DNA of 64,000 nt, taken from positions 185,277 through 249,276 of the forward strand of contig CAWGDR010000011.1 in NCBI GenBank assembly GCA_963821435.1, in the 5' to 3' direction. Position 1 is the stretch's first letter; each line of letters begins with the position of its first letter. Positions 1 through 12,688 of this stretch are shown piece by piece. The stretch is from an uncultured Acidobacteriota bacterium (GTDB lineage Bacteria > Acidobacteriota > Thermoanaerobaculia > UBA5066). The position numbers and the translations under genes were made by a program. A model generated the notes under the pieces. That model saw nothing but the letters and a program-made list of their open reading frames with translations. It had not been told where the DNA came from and searched no databases.

Positions 1-539
1 TCCAGGCGAAGGGGCTGCCGTACCGGCTCGACGAGCTCCTCGACGGCGACCCGCTCGCCGGGGCGTTCGAGGGGGGGGCCTACCAGACGCTCTACCTCGC
101 GCCGAAGGACTACCACCGGATCCACGTCCCGGTTCCCGGAGTCTGCGTCGGCGTCGGACGCGTCGAAGGGGAGCTCTGGCCGGTGAACGAGGCCTCGACC
201 GCCTTCACGCCGCGTCTCTACGTCCGGAACAGGCGGGCCTACTGGATCGCCGAGGGAACGGGTTCCTGCGTGGGCCTCGCGGCCGCCGTCGTCCTCGTCG
301 GTGCGACGCACGTCGGCGGCGTCGTGATCGAGGAGCGCTGGCTCTCGGGCCGGACGCTCCCCGCGCGCGGGCGCCTCGCCGTCGACCGACTCCCCGCCGC
401 GGCGGGCGACCCTCTCGGGGTCTTCGAGTTCGGCTCCACGGTCGTCCTGCTTCTCGGGGGGGCCCGAAGCCGCGACTGGAAGCTCCGCCGGGCCCCCGGC
501 CCGGTCCGGGTCGGGGAGAGGCTCGGCAGCTTCGGGTGA
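1..539 (+). CDS. psd: phosphatidylserine decarboxylase, C-terminal part (5' end outside window)
   Basis: Frame-3 translation from nt 3 reads QAKGLPYRLDELL...LAPKDYHRIHVPV...VFEFGSTVVLL. This includes the Psd-type DYHR motif and the GST self-cleavage motif. Stop at 537-539. Confidence 0.8.
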   Translation, partial: QAKGLPYRLDELLDGDPLAGAFEGGAYQTLYLAPKDYHRIHVPVPGVCVGVGRVEGELWPVNEASTAFTPRLYVRNRRAYWIAEGTGSCVGLAAAVVLVGATHVGGVVIEERWLSGRTLPARGRLAVDRLPAAAGDPLGVFEFGSTVVLLLGGARSRDWKLRRAPGPVRVGERLGSFG

Positions 540-555
540 TACCTTTCTCCGGACG

Positions 556-1345
556 GTGAGGAGAGCGGCGGCGGGGTGGGCCTTGGCGCTCGCGCTCTCG
601 GCGCGGGGCGCCGCAGAGCCGCCGGAATTCCGCTGGGGAGGCGACGCCGAAGGCGGGCGCGCCGATCGTGGAGGCCGACCCCGCCGACCCGTCGCGGGTC
701 CGCGGCTTCGACGTCGACATCGCGGCCGAGATCGCGAAGGGGCTCGGGCGGACGCCCCGGTTCGTCCAGGTCGCCTTCGCCTCGATCGACCAGTCGGTCG
801 CGCGCGGGCGACTTCGACGTCGGGATGAGCGGCATCGAGGAGACGCCGGCGCGGCACGAGGCTCTGCGCGGTGACGGCGCCCGTATTTCGAGTTCCGCGA
901 GGTGCTCACCGTCCGGGCCGCCGACCGGGACCGGTTCCGCGACGCTCGCCGACCTCCGGGGCCGGCGCGTCGGGACGCTCGGGGGGACGATCGCCTACGA
1001 GATCCTCCTCCGCGCGAAGGGCTCGGACGGGCTCGAGCCGGTCTCGTACGACGACGACGTGAACCCCTATGCCGACCTCGCCCGCGGACGGCTCGACGCC
1101 GTCCTCCTCGACCACATCCTCGCCGAGCGGTCGGTGAAGAAGAACCCGACCCTCGCGATCCAGCCCGGAGTCGTCGAAACCGGGCATTACGTCGGCGTCC
1201 TCGCGAAGGGAAACGGAGAGCTCCGGGAACGCGTGGACGAGGTGCTGAAGGCGCGGATGCGCGACGGAACGCTGAAGCGGATCTTCGAGCGCTGGGGCGT
1301 CTGGGACGCGGGGCAGCAGCGGCTCTTCGACCGGGTGGCGGGAGG
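556..1345 (+). CDS. polar amino-acid ABC transporter substrate-binding protein (interrupted by about 2 frameshifts; may be fused to the downstream permease)
   Basis: The protein is pieced from three frames: signal-like MRRAAAGWALALALSA, then VEADPADPSRVRGFDVDIAAEIAKGLGRTPRFVQVAFASIDQSVARGDFDVGMSGIEET, then GTLGGTIAYEILL...LDAVLLDHILAE...LKRIFERWGVW. No in-frame stop separates it from the permease segment. Confidence 0.6.
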
Positions 1346-1371
1346 GGCGCCGGCGGCCGGCGCGTGCGGCG

Positions 1372-2036
1372 AGCGGCCCGCCGTCGCTCGCGACGCTGAC
1401 GCTCCGCTACCTGCCGTCCCTCTTCTCGGCGGCGCTCGTGACGATCGCCCTCTCCTGTCTCGCGATGGCGCTCGCCGTCGGCGCTGGGCGTCGCCGTCGC
1501 CACCGGGCGGATCTACGGCGCGGCGCCCGTCCGCGCGCTCCTGACCGGCTGGGTGGAGGTGACCCGCGGAACGCCCGTCCTCCTCCAGCTCTTCGTCCTC
1601 TACTACGGCCTCTCGCCGGTCGTGAAGCTCCCGGCCTTCGTCGCGGCGCTGCTCGGCCTCGGCCTCAACTACGCCGCGTACGAGAGCGAGATCTACCGCG
1701 GCGCGATGGAGGCGGTCCCGAAGGGGCAGCTCGAGGCGGCGCGGACTCTCGGCCTGACCGAGGGGCAGGTCCTCAGGCTTCGTCCGCGGCCCGCAGGCGT
1801 TCCGGCTGGCGCTCGCGCCGATGACGAACGACTTCGTGGCTCTCCTGAAGGACTCGTCCCTCGTCTCGGTCATCACCGTCGTCGAACTGACGAAGCAGAC
1901 GTCGATCTTCGCCGTCAACATCGGGAGCTGGGTCGTCCCGGGGGCGCTCTGCGCCGCGCTCTATCTCGCGATGTCGCTTCCCCTCGCGCGCCTCGCCAGG
2001 AGGCTCGAGGCCCGCTGGAAGGCGCCGACCGCGTGA
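1372..2036 (+). CDS. amino-acid ABC transporter permease (frameshifted; 5' boundary uncertain)
   Basis: LRYLPSLFSAALVTIALSCLAMALAVG..., GRIYGAAPVRALLTGWVEVTRGTPVLLQLFVLYYGL, YESEIYRGAMEAVPKGQLEAARTLGLT and MTNDFVALLKDSSLVSVITVVELTKQ are HisM/GlnP-type motifs spread over three frames. Stop at 2034-2036. Confidence 0.65.
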
Positions 2037-2795
2037 GCGCCGTCCTCACCCTCCGCGGAGTCGCGCTGTCGCGAGGCGGGCGAAACGTCCTCTCGGGGGT
2101 GAACGTCGCCGTCGGGCGCGGCGAACTCGTCGCGCTCATGGGCCTCTCCGGAGGGGGGAAGACGACGGTCCTCCGCGCCGTCGCGGCGCTCGACGCGTTC
2201 GAGGCGGGGGAGATCGACGTCGGCGGCGTGGCCCTCCGCCCGGGCAGCACGTCCCGCGCGCCGGCTGCGCGAGCTCCGGCGCAAGGTCGGGATGGTCTTC
2301 CAGCACCCTTCCCTCTTCGAGCACCTGACCGCCCTCGAGAACGTGACGCTGGCCCCGGTCCACGTCCTCGGGATGGCGCGGGAGGCCGCGGCGCAGCGCG
2401 CGCTCGGCCTCCTCTCCTCGCTCGGCGTCGGGAACCGGGCGGCGGCGCTGCCCCGGGAGCTCTCCGGCGGCGAGGCGCAGCGGGTGGCCATCGCCCGGGC
2501 GCTTGCGATGGACCCGCCGCTCCTCCTGATGGACGAGCCGACGGCCGCGCTCGACCCCGCCCGGCGGGCGGAGCTGGGCGAGGCGCTCGGGGCGCTCCGG
2601 CGGGACGGGCGGGCGCTGCTCGTGACGACGCACGACGACGACTTCGCCCGCCGCTTCGCGACGCGGGTCGTCGTCCTCGGCGACGGTGCGGTCGTCGAGG
2701 AGGGCGATCCGACGCGGGTCCTGACCGATCCCCAGCACCCCGAGACGCGCCGGCTGCTCGCCACGGGCGAGGGGCTGGCGCGCGGCCGGTGCTAA
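2033..2795 (+). CDS. amino-acid ABC transporter ATP-binding protein (one frameshift near 2270)
   Basis: GTG start overlaps the permease stop (GTGA). Walker A is GLSGGGKTT. The second frame gives MVFQHPSLFEHLTALENV, the signature LSGGEAQRVAIARAL and Walker B LLLMDEPTAALD. Confidence 0.8.
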
Positions 2796-2814
2796 CCTTT
2801 CTCCCGGGAACCCG

Positions 2815-3809
2815 ATGACCGAGATCGCCCGGCTGAAGAGGGAGATCCTCCGGGAGGTGGTCCGCGACAACGCGGACCTCGTGGAGGGGCGCCGCCGAGA
2901 GCCGCTCCGCCCCGGGCAGCGGCGCCGACGGACGCTCGTCTTCGCCGTCGGATTCGTCGTCGCTCCGCTCGCCCTGTTCCTCTCCCTGAACGCCCTGACG
3001 ACCGGGAAGGGGGAGCGGACCGACGTCCTCGTCGTCGGGAATCCGGCGGCGCCGGCCGCGGCACCTGCCGCCGCGTTCGTCCCCGCGCCGAAGGGGATGG
3101 AGCCGTCGCTCTTCCGGCTCGACGTGAAGACCGTGGTCCTGGACCCGGGCCACGGCGGCCCCGACCCGGGCGCGCACGCCGCGGGGGGGCTGTCGGAGAA
3201 GGAGATCACGCTCGACATCGCCCGGCGGGTCCGGGCGCTGCTCGCCGCGGCCCGGCTCTCCGTCGAGATGACGAGGGAAGGCGACGCGGGCCTCTCGCTC
3301 CGCGAGCGGGCTCTCTTCGCGAACGCACGGAAGGGAGACCTTTTCGTTTCGATCCACGTGAACTCGATGCCGACGGCCGACGCGGTCGGCGTCGAGACGT
3401 TCTTCCTCGGCGAGGCGGCGGACGCGCGCTCCGAGCAGCTCGCCGGCGACGAGAACCGCGATTCCGGCTACGCGCTCCACGATTTCAAGAGGCTGCTCGA
3501 GGGGGTCTACGCGGGGGTCCGGCAGGGCGAGTCGAAGACGCTGGCCTCGGCGGTGCAGGGCCGTCTCGTCGCGGCGCTCCGGAAGCGGAATCCCGGGCTC
3601 GAGAACCGGGGCGTCAAGAGCGCTCCGTTCGCCGTCCTCGTCGGGACCGAGATGCCGGGATCCTCGCCGAGGTGTCGTGCCTCTCGGCGCCCGACGAGGT
3701 CCGGCGGCTCGGCGACCCGGTCTACCGGCAGACCATTGCGCGCGCGCTGGCCGACGGCGTCCTCGCGTACGCGGAGTCCCGCAATCACCCGGCTGGCGGA
3801 AGGAGTTGA
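2815..3809 (+). CDS. N-acetylmuramoyl-L-alanine amidase (AmiC/Amidase_3 family), membrane-anchored (one frameshift near 3659)
   Basis: N-terminal TM segment LVFAVGFVVAPLALFLSL. Amidase_3 motifs: VVLDPGHGGPDPGA, DLFVSIHVNS and RGVKSAPFAVL. The C-terminus continues in frame 0 as PGILAEVSCLSAPDEVRRL...LAYAESRNHPAGGRS with a stop at 3807-3809. Confidence 0.8.
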
Positions 3810-3814
3810 GCAGC

Positions 3815-4830
3815 ATGGCGGCAGCGAAGGACGTTCTCTGGGTCGGGGTCGATCTCGGCACCTCGCGAAGCTCGATCTCGGCGTCCAACGGGAAACGCCA
3901 CGTCATCGAGAGCTTCGTCGGCTGGCCCGTCGACATGGTGGCGCGCAAGGTCGTGAAAAAGCCGGTCCTCTTCGGGCACGAGGCGCTGGAGAACCGGACG
4001 ATGCTCGAGCTTCACCGGCCGCTCGAGCGGGGCCTGATCAAGGAAGGGTCGGCACGCGACGAGGAGGCGGTCCGCGAGCTTCTGAACCACCTCTTCGCGC
4101 TCGCCGAGCCGGCGGCGGGGCAGAAGGTCCATGCCGTCATCGGCGTCCCGGCCGAAGCGCTCCGCGTCTCCCGGCAAAACCTCCGGAACGCGGTCAAGGG
4201 GCTCGCCGACTCCCTGATGATCGTCTCGGAGCCCTTCGCCGTCGCCTACGGGATGGACGCGCTCCTCCACACGATGGTGATCGACATCGGCGCGGGGACC
4301 ACCGACTTCTGCGTCATGATGGGGCGCTTCCCGTCCGAGGACGACCAGCGGACGCTCACGAACGCGGGGGACTCCGTGGACGAGCAGCTACAGGGCCTCA
4401 TCAAGGCGCGGCACCCGTCGGCGCGCTTCTCGATCTACATGGTCCGCGAGTGGAAGGAGAAGTCGAGCTTCGTCGGGGACCCGCCCGCGCCGGTCGTCGT
4501 GAGGTTGACGGTGAACGGGAAGCGGACCGAGGTCGACATCACCGCCGAGATGAAGCGGGCGTGCGAGAGCCTCCTCCCCCCGATCACCGAGACGATGCTC
4601 GACCTCCTCTCGCGCGTCGAGCCCGAGTTCCAGGAGAAGGTGCAGAAGAACGTCATTCTCGCCGGAGGCGGCTCGCAGATCCCCGGCCTCGCCGCGGCGC
4701 TCGAGAAGGCGCTCGGCGAGTTCGGCGGCGGCCGCGTCCGGGCGGTCGAGGACTTCGTCTTCGCCGGCTCGAACGGAAGCCTCGCGATTGCGACCGACGC
4801 GCCCGAGGGCGACTGGGAGCCGCTCTCCGC

Positions 4831-4834
<4 letters not shown>
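3815..4834 (+). CDS. actin-like ATPase, MamK-like (ASKHA superfamily) filament protein
   Basis: ATG at 3815 follows GGAAGGAG. Actin-fold motifs present: VGVDLGTSRSSI, VIGVPAEA, VSEPFAVAYGMD, IDIGAGTTDFC and ILAGGGSQIPGL. The EDQRTLTNAGDSVDEQLQ block resembles MamK more than MreB, FtsA or ParM (from memory of MamK sequences). Confidence 0.7.
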
Positions 4835-6351
<1,517 letters not shown>

Positions 6352-6361
6352 CCGCCAGCGC

Positions 6362-7276
6362 TTAGCGCCCCGAAGCCGCCCGCCAAGCCTGCAAGTAGCG
6401 CGGCGCGCCGTCGGCGAATCCGCCGTGGCGCGGCTGCCAGCCGAGGAGCCGGACCGCCTTCGAGGAGTCGAGGTGTTGGGAGAGCGCGAGGCACTCGGCG
6501 TACGCCGCTCCCATCGCCTTTGCGGCCTCGGCGAGCGGCCACGAGACCGTCTTCCCGCCGGCGCCCGCCGCGAGGCTGGCCGCCCGCGCGCACTCGAGGA
6601 CGGTGAAGCGGCTCCGGTCGGAGGCGTTGAAGACCTCCCCACCGTACGGCGACTCTGCCGCCCGGACGTAGAGGTCGGCCAGATCCTCGACGTGGACCAT
6701 CGCCCAGCGGCTCGCGCCGTCGCCCACGAAACGGGAAGCCCCCTCCGTCACCGCGCTCTCGAACCAGGAGGCGGTCATGCCGCCCGGTCCACCGTAGACG
6801 CAGCCGGGGCGGAGGACGAGCGTCTTCAGGAGCGTGCCGTTCGCGTCCAGGACGCCGTCGTCGGAGGCTGGCCGCGGGGCGACGAGCGCGGGCGGCGCGA
6901 GCGCCGACGCCTCGTCGGCCACGCCGTCCCCGGTGTCGCCGTACACCCAGCAGCCGCTCGTCACGATAAGCCGGCGGGGTCGGCGGGCGCGGCGCGCGCT
7001 TTCTATCAGCGCCTCGACGGAGCGCGAATGGAGGTTCCATTGATTCTCCGAGTACTCAACCGCGCAGTGGACGAGGACGTCGCAGGCGTCCGCGGCGGCG
7101 CGCCAGCCGTCCGGGTCGTGGAGATTCCCGGCGACCGGCGTTGCTTCGGTCGCGGCGAGGCGCGCGGCCTTCGCCGGAGTCCGGACGAGCCCGAAGACGT
7201 GGTGACCCTTGCGCGCAAAGGCGGCGGCGACGGCCGCGCCGATGTACCCCGTGGCGCCGGTGACGAAGACCCTCAT
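6362..7276 (-). CDS. NAD-dependent epimerase/dehydratase family protein
   Basis: Intact 304-aa ORF beginning MRVFVTGATGYIGAAVAAAF (Rossmann GxxGxxG), with extended-SDR architecture. Confidence 0.8.
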   Translation of the reverse strand: MRVFVTGATGYIGAAVAAAFARKGHHVFGLVRTPAKAARLAATEATPVAGNLHDPDGWRAAADACDVLVHCAVEYSENQWNLHSRSVEALIESARRARRPRRLIVTSGCWVYGDTGDGVADEASALAPPALVAPRPASDDGVLDANGTLLKTLVLRPGCVYGGPGGMTASWFESAVTEGASRFVGDGASRWAMVHVEDLADLYVRAAESPYGGEVFNASDRSRFTVLECARAASLAAGAGGKTVSWPLAEAAKAMGAAYAECLALSQHLDSSKAVRLLGWQPRHGGFADGAPRYLQAWRAASGR

Positions 7277-7295
7277 GTCGTTCCTTTCGAGCGCT

Positions 7296-7996
7296 TCATC
7301 CCGAGATCAGCTTCGCGAGCACGAAGGCGGCGCCGGAGGCGAGTGCGCCGACGAAGACCGTCCGCCCGGCTTCGCGGAGCGGCGGCCGGCCGGTGAGGCG
7401 ACCCTTCACGGCGCCGAAGACGGCGAGAGCCGTCAGCGTGACGGCGGCGGACGCGGCGAGCGCCGTGAGGACGGGGACGTGGAAGAGGTAGGGCGCGAGG
7501 GGAATGGCGCCCCCCGCGACGTAGGAGCCGCCGATCGTCAGAGCCGAGACGCGGGCGCGCGACGGATCGGGCTCGGCGAGGTTCAGCTCCTCGCGCATCA
7601 TGAAGTCGACCCAGCGCTTCGGCTCGGCGCAGATGGCGGCCGTCGCCGCCTCGAGCGTCTCGCCGGCGAGCCCCCATCCGGCGAGGATCTTCCGGACCTC
7701 GTCCCGCTCGTCGGCCGGGATCTCGCTCACCTCGGCGTGCTCGCGCCTGAGCTCGCTCGCCCAGGTGTCGGCCTCGCTCTTCGCGGCCAGATAGCCGCCC
7801 AGCCCCATCGCGATGGCGCCGGCGGCGAGCTCCGCGACGCCGGCGATGACGATGACGCCGGAGGTCGTGGCGGCCCCCGTGAGCCCGGCGGCGAGGGCGA
7901 ACGGGACGGTGAGGCCGTCCGACATCCCGAGGACGACGTCGCGGACGATCTCCGAGCCCGAGAAGTGCTGTTCGACGTGATGGTGGCGCGGCCGCG

Positions 7997-8000
<4 letters not shown>
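7296..8000 (-). CDS. VIT1/CCC1 family iron/manganese transporter
   Basis: GTG start at 8000 overlaps the upstream stop (GTGA). VRDVVLGMSDGLTVPFALAAGL and C-terminal TM helices (TIGGSYVAGGAIPLAPY..., FVGALASGAAFVLAKL) are typical of VIT proteins. Confidence 0.75.
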
Positions 8001-8707
<707 letters not shown>

Positions 8708-8772
8708 GTTCTCTCCGGGCGGCGATTCTAGTCCCCGGAGTCGCAGGATCCTCCTGCTAGGCTGCCACTCCG

Positions 8773-10063
8773 ATGCCGGCCGAGCCCTCGTCGCGCCTCG
8801 ACCCGCGCCGCCGCCGGCGGGTTGCCGTCGCTCTCTTTCTCGTGACGGCTCTCGGCGCCTTCGAGTCGACGGTCGTCGCGACCGCGATGCCGACCATCGT
8901 GGCCGACCTCCGGGGCCTCGACCTCTACTCGTGGGTCTTCTCGATCTTCCTCCTCGGCTCCACCCTCGCGATGCCCGTCTACGGGCGTCTCGCCGACGTC
9001 TGGGGGAGGCGGCGGCTCCTCCTCGGCGGGATTGCGCTCTTCACGGCGGGCTCGCTCCTTTGCGCCGTCGCGCGCTCGATGGGCTTTCTCGTCGCCGCGC
9101 GGGGGCTGCAGGGTCTCGGGGCCGGCGGTCTCGTCCCCCTCTCGCTGACCGTCGTGGGCGACCTCTACACGCTCGAAGAGCGGGCGCGCGTGCAGGGCTA
9201 CTTCAGCAGCGTCTGGGGGCTCGCGAGCGTCGTGGGGCCGCTGGCCGGCGCCGCCCTCACGATCCACTTCGGCTGGCGGTCGATCTTCGTCTCGGTCCTG
9301 CCGCTCGCGTTCGTTGCCGCCCTCCTCGTCTCCCGGGAGCTCGTCGAGGTCCGGCGCGGGCCGGCGGTGGGAGGTGAGCGACTCTTTCCCCGCGGCCTCC
9401 TGACCGACCGCGCGACGGCGGCGCCCTACCTCGCCGGGCTCCTCCTAGGGACGACGATCTACGGCGTGACCGCCTGGGTGCCGCTCTTCGTGCAGGGGGC
9501 GCGGGGCGGCACGGCGGGTGCCGCGGGAGCCGTCATCACCCCGCTGATCCTCTGCTGGGCTATCTCCGCCGCGGCGGCCGCGCGGGTCCTGCCGCGGGCG
9601 GGGTTCCGGAGGACGGCGCTCGCGGGCGGGTTCCTGGTCGTTGCCGGCCAGGCGGGTCTCCTCGCCACGGCGCGTGCCGACCTGGGCGTGGCCGCGTCGA
9701 GCGTCGCGTGCGCGATCATCGGGCTGGGGCTCGGGCCGTCGTCGCTCGCCCAGCTCCTTGCTGTCCAGCACGTCGTCTCCGAGAGCCGGCGCGGCGTCGC
9801 GACGAGCCTCGTTCCGTTTTTCCGGACCGTCGGCGGCTCGATCGGCGTCTGGGCGCTCGGCCTCGTCCTGATGGCGGGGTTGGGCGGGGAGGCCGGCGGC
9901 GGGCCGCCCGGGGCGGTTTCGGTAGTGTCTGCCGTCTCCCGCCGCGCGCCTCGCGCTCGAAAGGGCCCTCGTCCCGGTCTTCGCGGCGATGCTCGCTCTC
10001 GCGGTCGTGAACCTCGCGGTCGCCGCCCGGTATCCCGGCGTCCCCCGGCGCCCGGACGCCTGA
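8773..10063 (+). CDS. MFS transporter (DHA2/EmrB-like), one frameshift near 9915
   Basis: MFS motifs VYGRLADVWGRRRLLL and RGLQGLGAGG with multiple TM helices. The C-terminus continues in another frame (ARLALERALVPVFAAMLALAVVNLAVAARYPGV) to a TGA at 10061-10063. Confidence 0.75.
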
Positions 10064-10096
10064 GCACAGGGTGCCATTGGCGCGGCCCCTCGTTTT

Positions 10097-11839
10097 TTGC
10101 CATGCTCCGCGCTTCATGCGAGGGTCCGTCTGCTGCCGCTGGCGCTGGCGGCCGGCGTATTCGCGCCGGTGCTCCGCGCCGACGGGCCGGCCGACGACGA
10201 CGTCGTCGTCGTCGACGCGCTGCCGAAGAGCCTCGCGGGAAACGTCGAGTTCGCCTTCGGCGACCCCCCGGAGGACCCGCCGGCGTCGACGCGCTGACCT
10301 GGAGGCGGATCGCCGTCCCCGGCACCTGGCAGGCCGCCGGTTTCGCCGGTCACGGCACCGGCTGGTACCGGTTCCGCTTCCGCGTGACGCCGGAGGTCCA
10401 GGCCGAGCCGCTCGCGTTCGTGGTGCCGCAGATCCGGGACGCCGACGAGGTCTTTCTCGACGGCGCTTCCGTCGGCCGGTGCGGCGGCTTTCCGCCCCGG
10501 TACGACAAGGCCACACTCCAGCCGCGCCTCTACGAGCTGCCGGCCACGCTCACGTCGTCGACCGGGACCCATACCCTCCTCGTCCGCGTCTACAACGCCG
10601 GACCGCGGGCGGGAGGGATCACGGCCGTGCCCGAGATCGACGCCGTCGGCGCGGCCTACTGGAAGCTGATCTTCCGGGAAGCGCCCTTCGCGCTCGCGGC
10701 CGCGGCGATCTTCGCCCTCGGCCTCTTCGCCCTCTTCGTCTTCTTGCGCGACCGCCGTCAGGTCGAGTTCCTCGTCTTCTTTCTCTTCACGTCCGGCGTG
10801 GCCATTTACATCTCGACCTGGCTCTCCGTCTGGACGGTCCTGAACGTGCCGCTTTCCCTCGTCTTCCGGCTGAATTTCGCCCACTCGTTCGCGCTCGCGG
10901 CCCTCTTTCCCCTCTTCTTCCAGCACTTCCTGGGAATCCCGATCCCCGCGTGGCAGCGGGTCGTGATGGCCGTCCAGGGGGCGGGGACCCTCGCGTCGCT
11001 CGCCTGGCCGCGGGTGGACGACCTCTACTACTTCCTTCCGGTGCTCTACGTCACGCTGGCGCTCACGGGGGGGCGGATCGCCTGGGCTCTCGTGTCGCGC
11101 TGGCGGCGGCGCGTCGAATACGCGGGCGCGGTCCTCCTCGGCTTTCTCATCATCCTCGCCTCCGTGCTCCATGACATCCTTCAGGACCTGAGAATCGTCC
11201 CGGAGGAGGGAACGATTCGCCTCGTCGGGTCCCGGGTTTCTGATCTTCGCGGCGATCTTCCTGACGGTCGTCGCGGACCGGATGGCCCGCCTCCGGATCG
11301 CCGCCTCGACCGACCCGCTGACGGGGCTCGCGAACCGGAAGACCCTCTGGGACCGGATCGCCCTCGAGCTGGCGCGGTCGAGGCGGGGCGGAAAGCCGCT
11401 CTCGCTCGCCGTCCTCGACCTCGACCTCTTCAAGGAGTTCAACGACCGCTTCGGCCACCTGGCGGGCGACCGCCTCCTGATGGCGATGGGTGAGACGCTG
11501 ACGCGCGGCATCCGGGAGACCGACCTCGCCTCCCGGTACGGCGGCGAGGAGTTCGTCGTCCTCCTGCCGGAGATCGGCCGCGAGGAGGCGGCGACCTGCC
11601 TCGAGCGGATCCGCGAGGCCGTCGCCGCGATCCGCGTGCCCGGGGCCGACCGCGCGACGACGGTTTCGATCGGCCTCGCGATCCACGCCCCGGCCGAAGG
11701 CGCTTCGGTGACGGCCGCCGGGCTTCTGCGCGGCGCGGACGCCGCGCTCTATCAGGCGAAGGCCGACGGGCGAAACCGGATCGTCGTCCTGGACGGTTCG
11801 CCGGCGGAGACGGACGGCGTAAGATTCTCGACACCATGA
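10097..11839 (+). CDS. diguanylate cyclase with 7TMR-DISM extracellular and 7TM domains (2 frameshifts, near 10266 and 11230)
   Basis: Signal peptide, then WRRIAVPGTWQAAGFAGHGTGWYRFRF...DEVFLDGASVGRCGG (7TMR-DISMED2-like), then seven hydrophobic helices. The GGDEF domain has DPLTGLANRK, DLDLFKEFNDRFGH and the RYGGEEF active site. The first shift falls in the C6 run at 10264-10269. Confidence 0.8.
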
Positions 11840-12657
11840 GAAACCAACTCGCCGTCGCGCTCCTCGCGGCTCGGCCTCGCCGCGACGTCGGCCCTCGCGC
11901 AGGAACCCTCTCTGACAACGGCCGGCCAGACCGTCGTCATCCCGAACCTGCCCGGCATGGGGAACAACAAGGAGATCCGGATCGGCGGCCAGGAGATCCA
12001 GAACGCGGAGATCACCGGGCCGGAGCTCTCGGTCAGCGCCGAGGTCGTCCAGTGGGAGACGGGGCGCTCGATCACCGTGCGTTTGCCTGACGGGTCGACC
12101 CGCGTCGTGCCGGTGCCGTCGAACATCATCTTCCCGCCCGACCTCGCGCCCGGTCTCCGGATCACGTTCCTCGTCCGCCAGACGAGCGACGGCCGCTACC
12201 GCGTGACGGGGCTGACGACCGGCTCCACGTCGGTTCCGGCCCTCGTGGGCGGGCCTCCCGGCGCGCAGCCGCCTCCGGCGCCCCAGCGCCCCGCCGGCCG
12301 CCGCGCCCCCGGTGACGCCCGCGGCCGCTCCGCCGCCGATCCCCACGCCCGGGCCGTTGCCCCCGAGGGGGAAGGCCGTCCGCGAGGCCTCCTACCTGAC
12401 GGTGCGCGGGACCATGACGGCGTACGAGAAGGGAGCCTCGCTCACGGTGACCCAGAAGAGCGGGAAGGTCCTGACGATCGCGATCGCGAAGGAAGCCACC
12501 GTGCCGTCCGACCTCGACGGTCGGGGAGAACGTCTCAGTCCGGGTCCCGCTGCAGAGGCCCTGGGACGGCCGGACCGCCGACAAGATCTCCAGGGCGAAC
12601 CCGCCGAAGACGCCGATCCCGTCGAAGTTCAAGGCCGCCGAGTCGCCGAAGTACTGA
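11836..12657 (+). CDS. hypothetical secreted protein (about 3 frameshifts)
   Basis: Pieced reading: MRNQLAVALLAA...LAQEPSLTTAGQTVVIPNLPGMGNNKEIRIGGQEIQNAEITGPELS..., then TVRGTMTAYEKGASLTVTQKSGKVLTIAIAKEATVPSDL, then VGENVSVRVPLQRPWDGRTADKISRANPPK...ESPKY to a stop at 12655-12657. I recognise no family. Confidence 0.35.
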
Positions 12658-12688
12658 CGCCTCCAAGCGTCGTCTATCCTCCGCCACC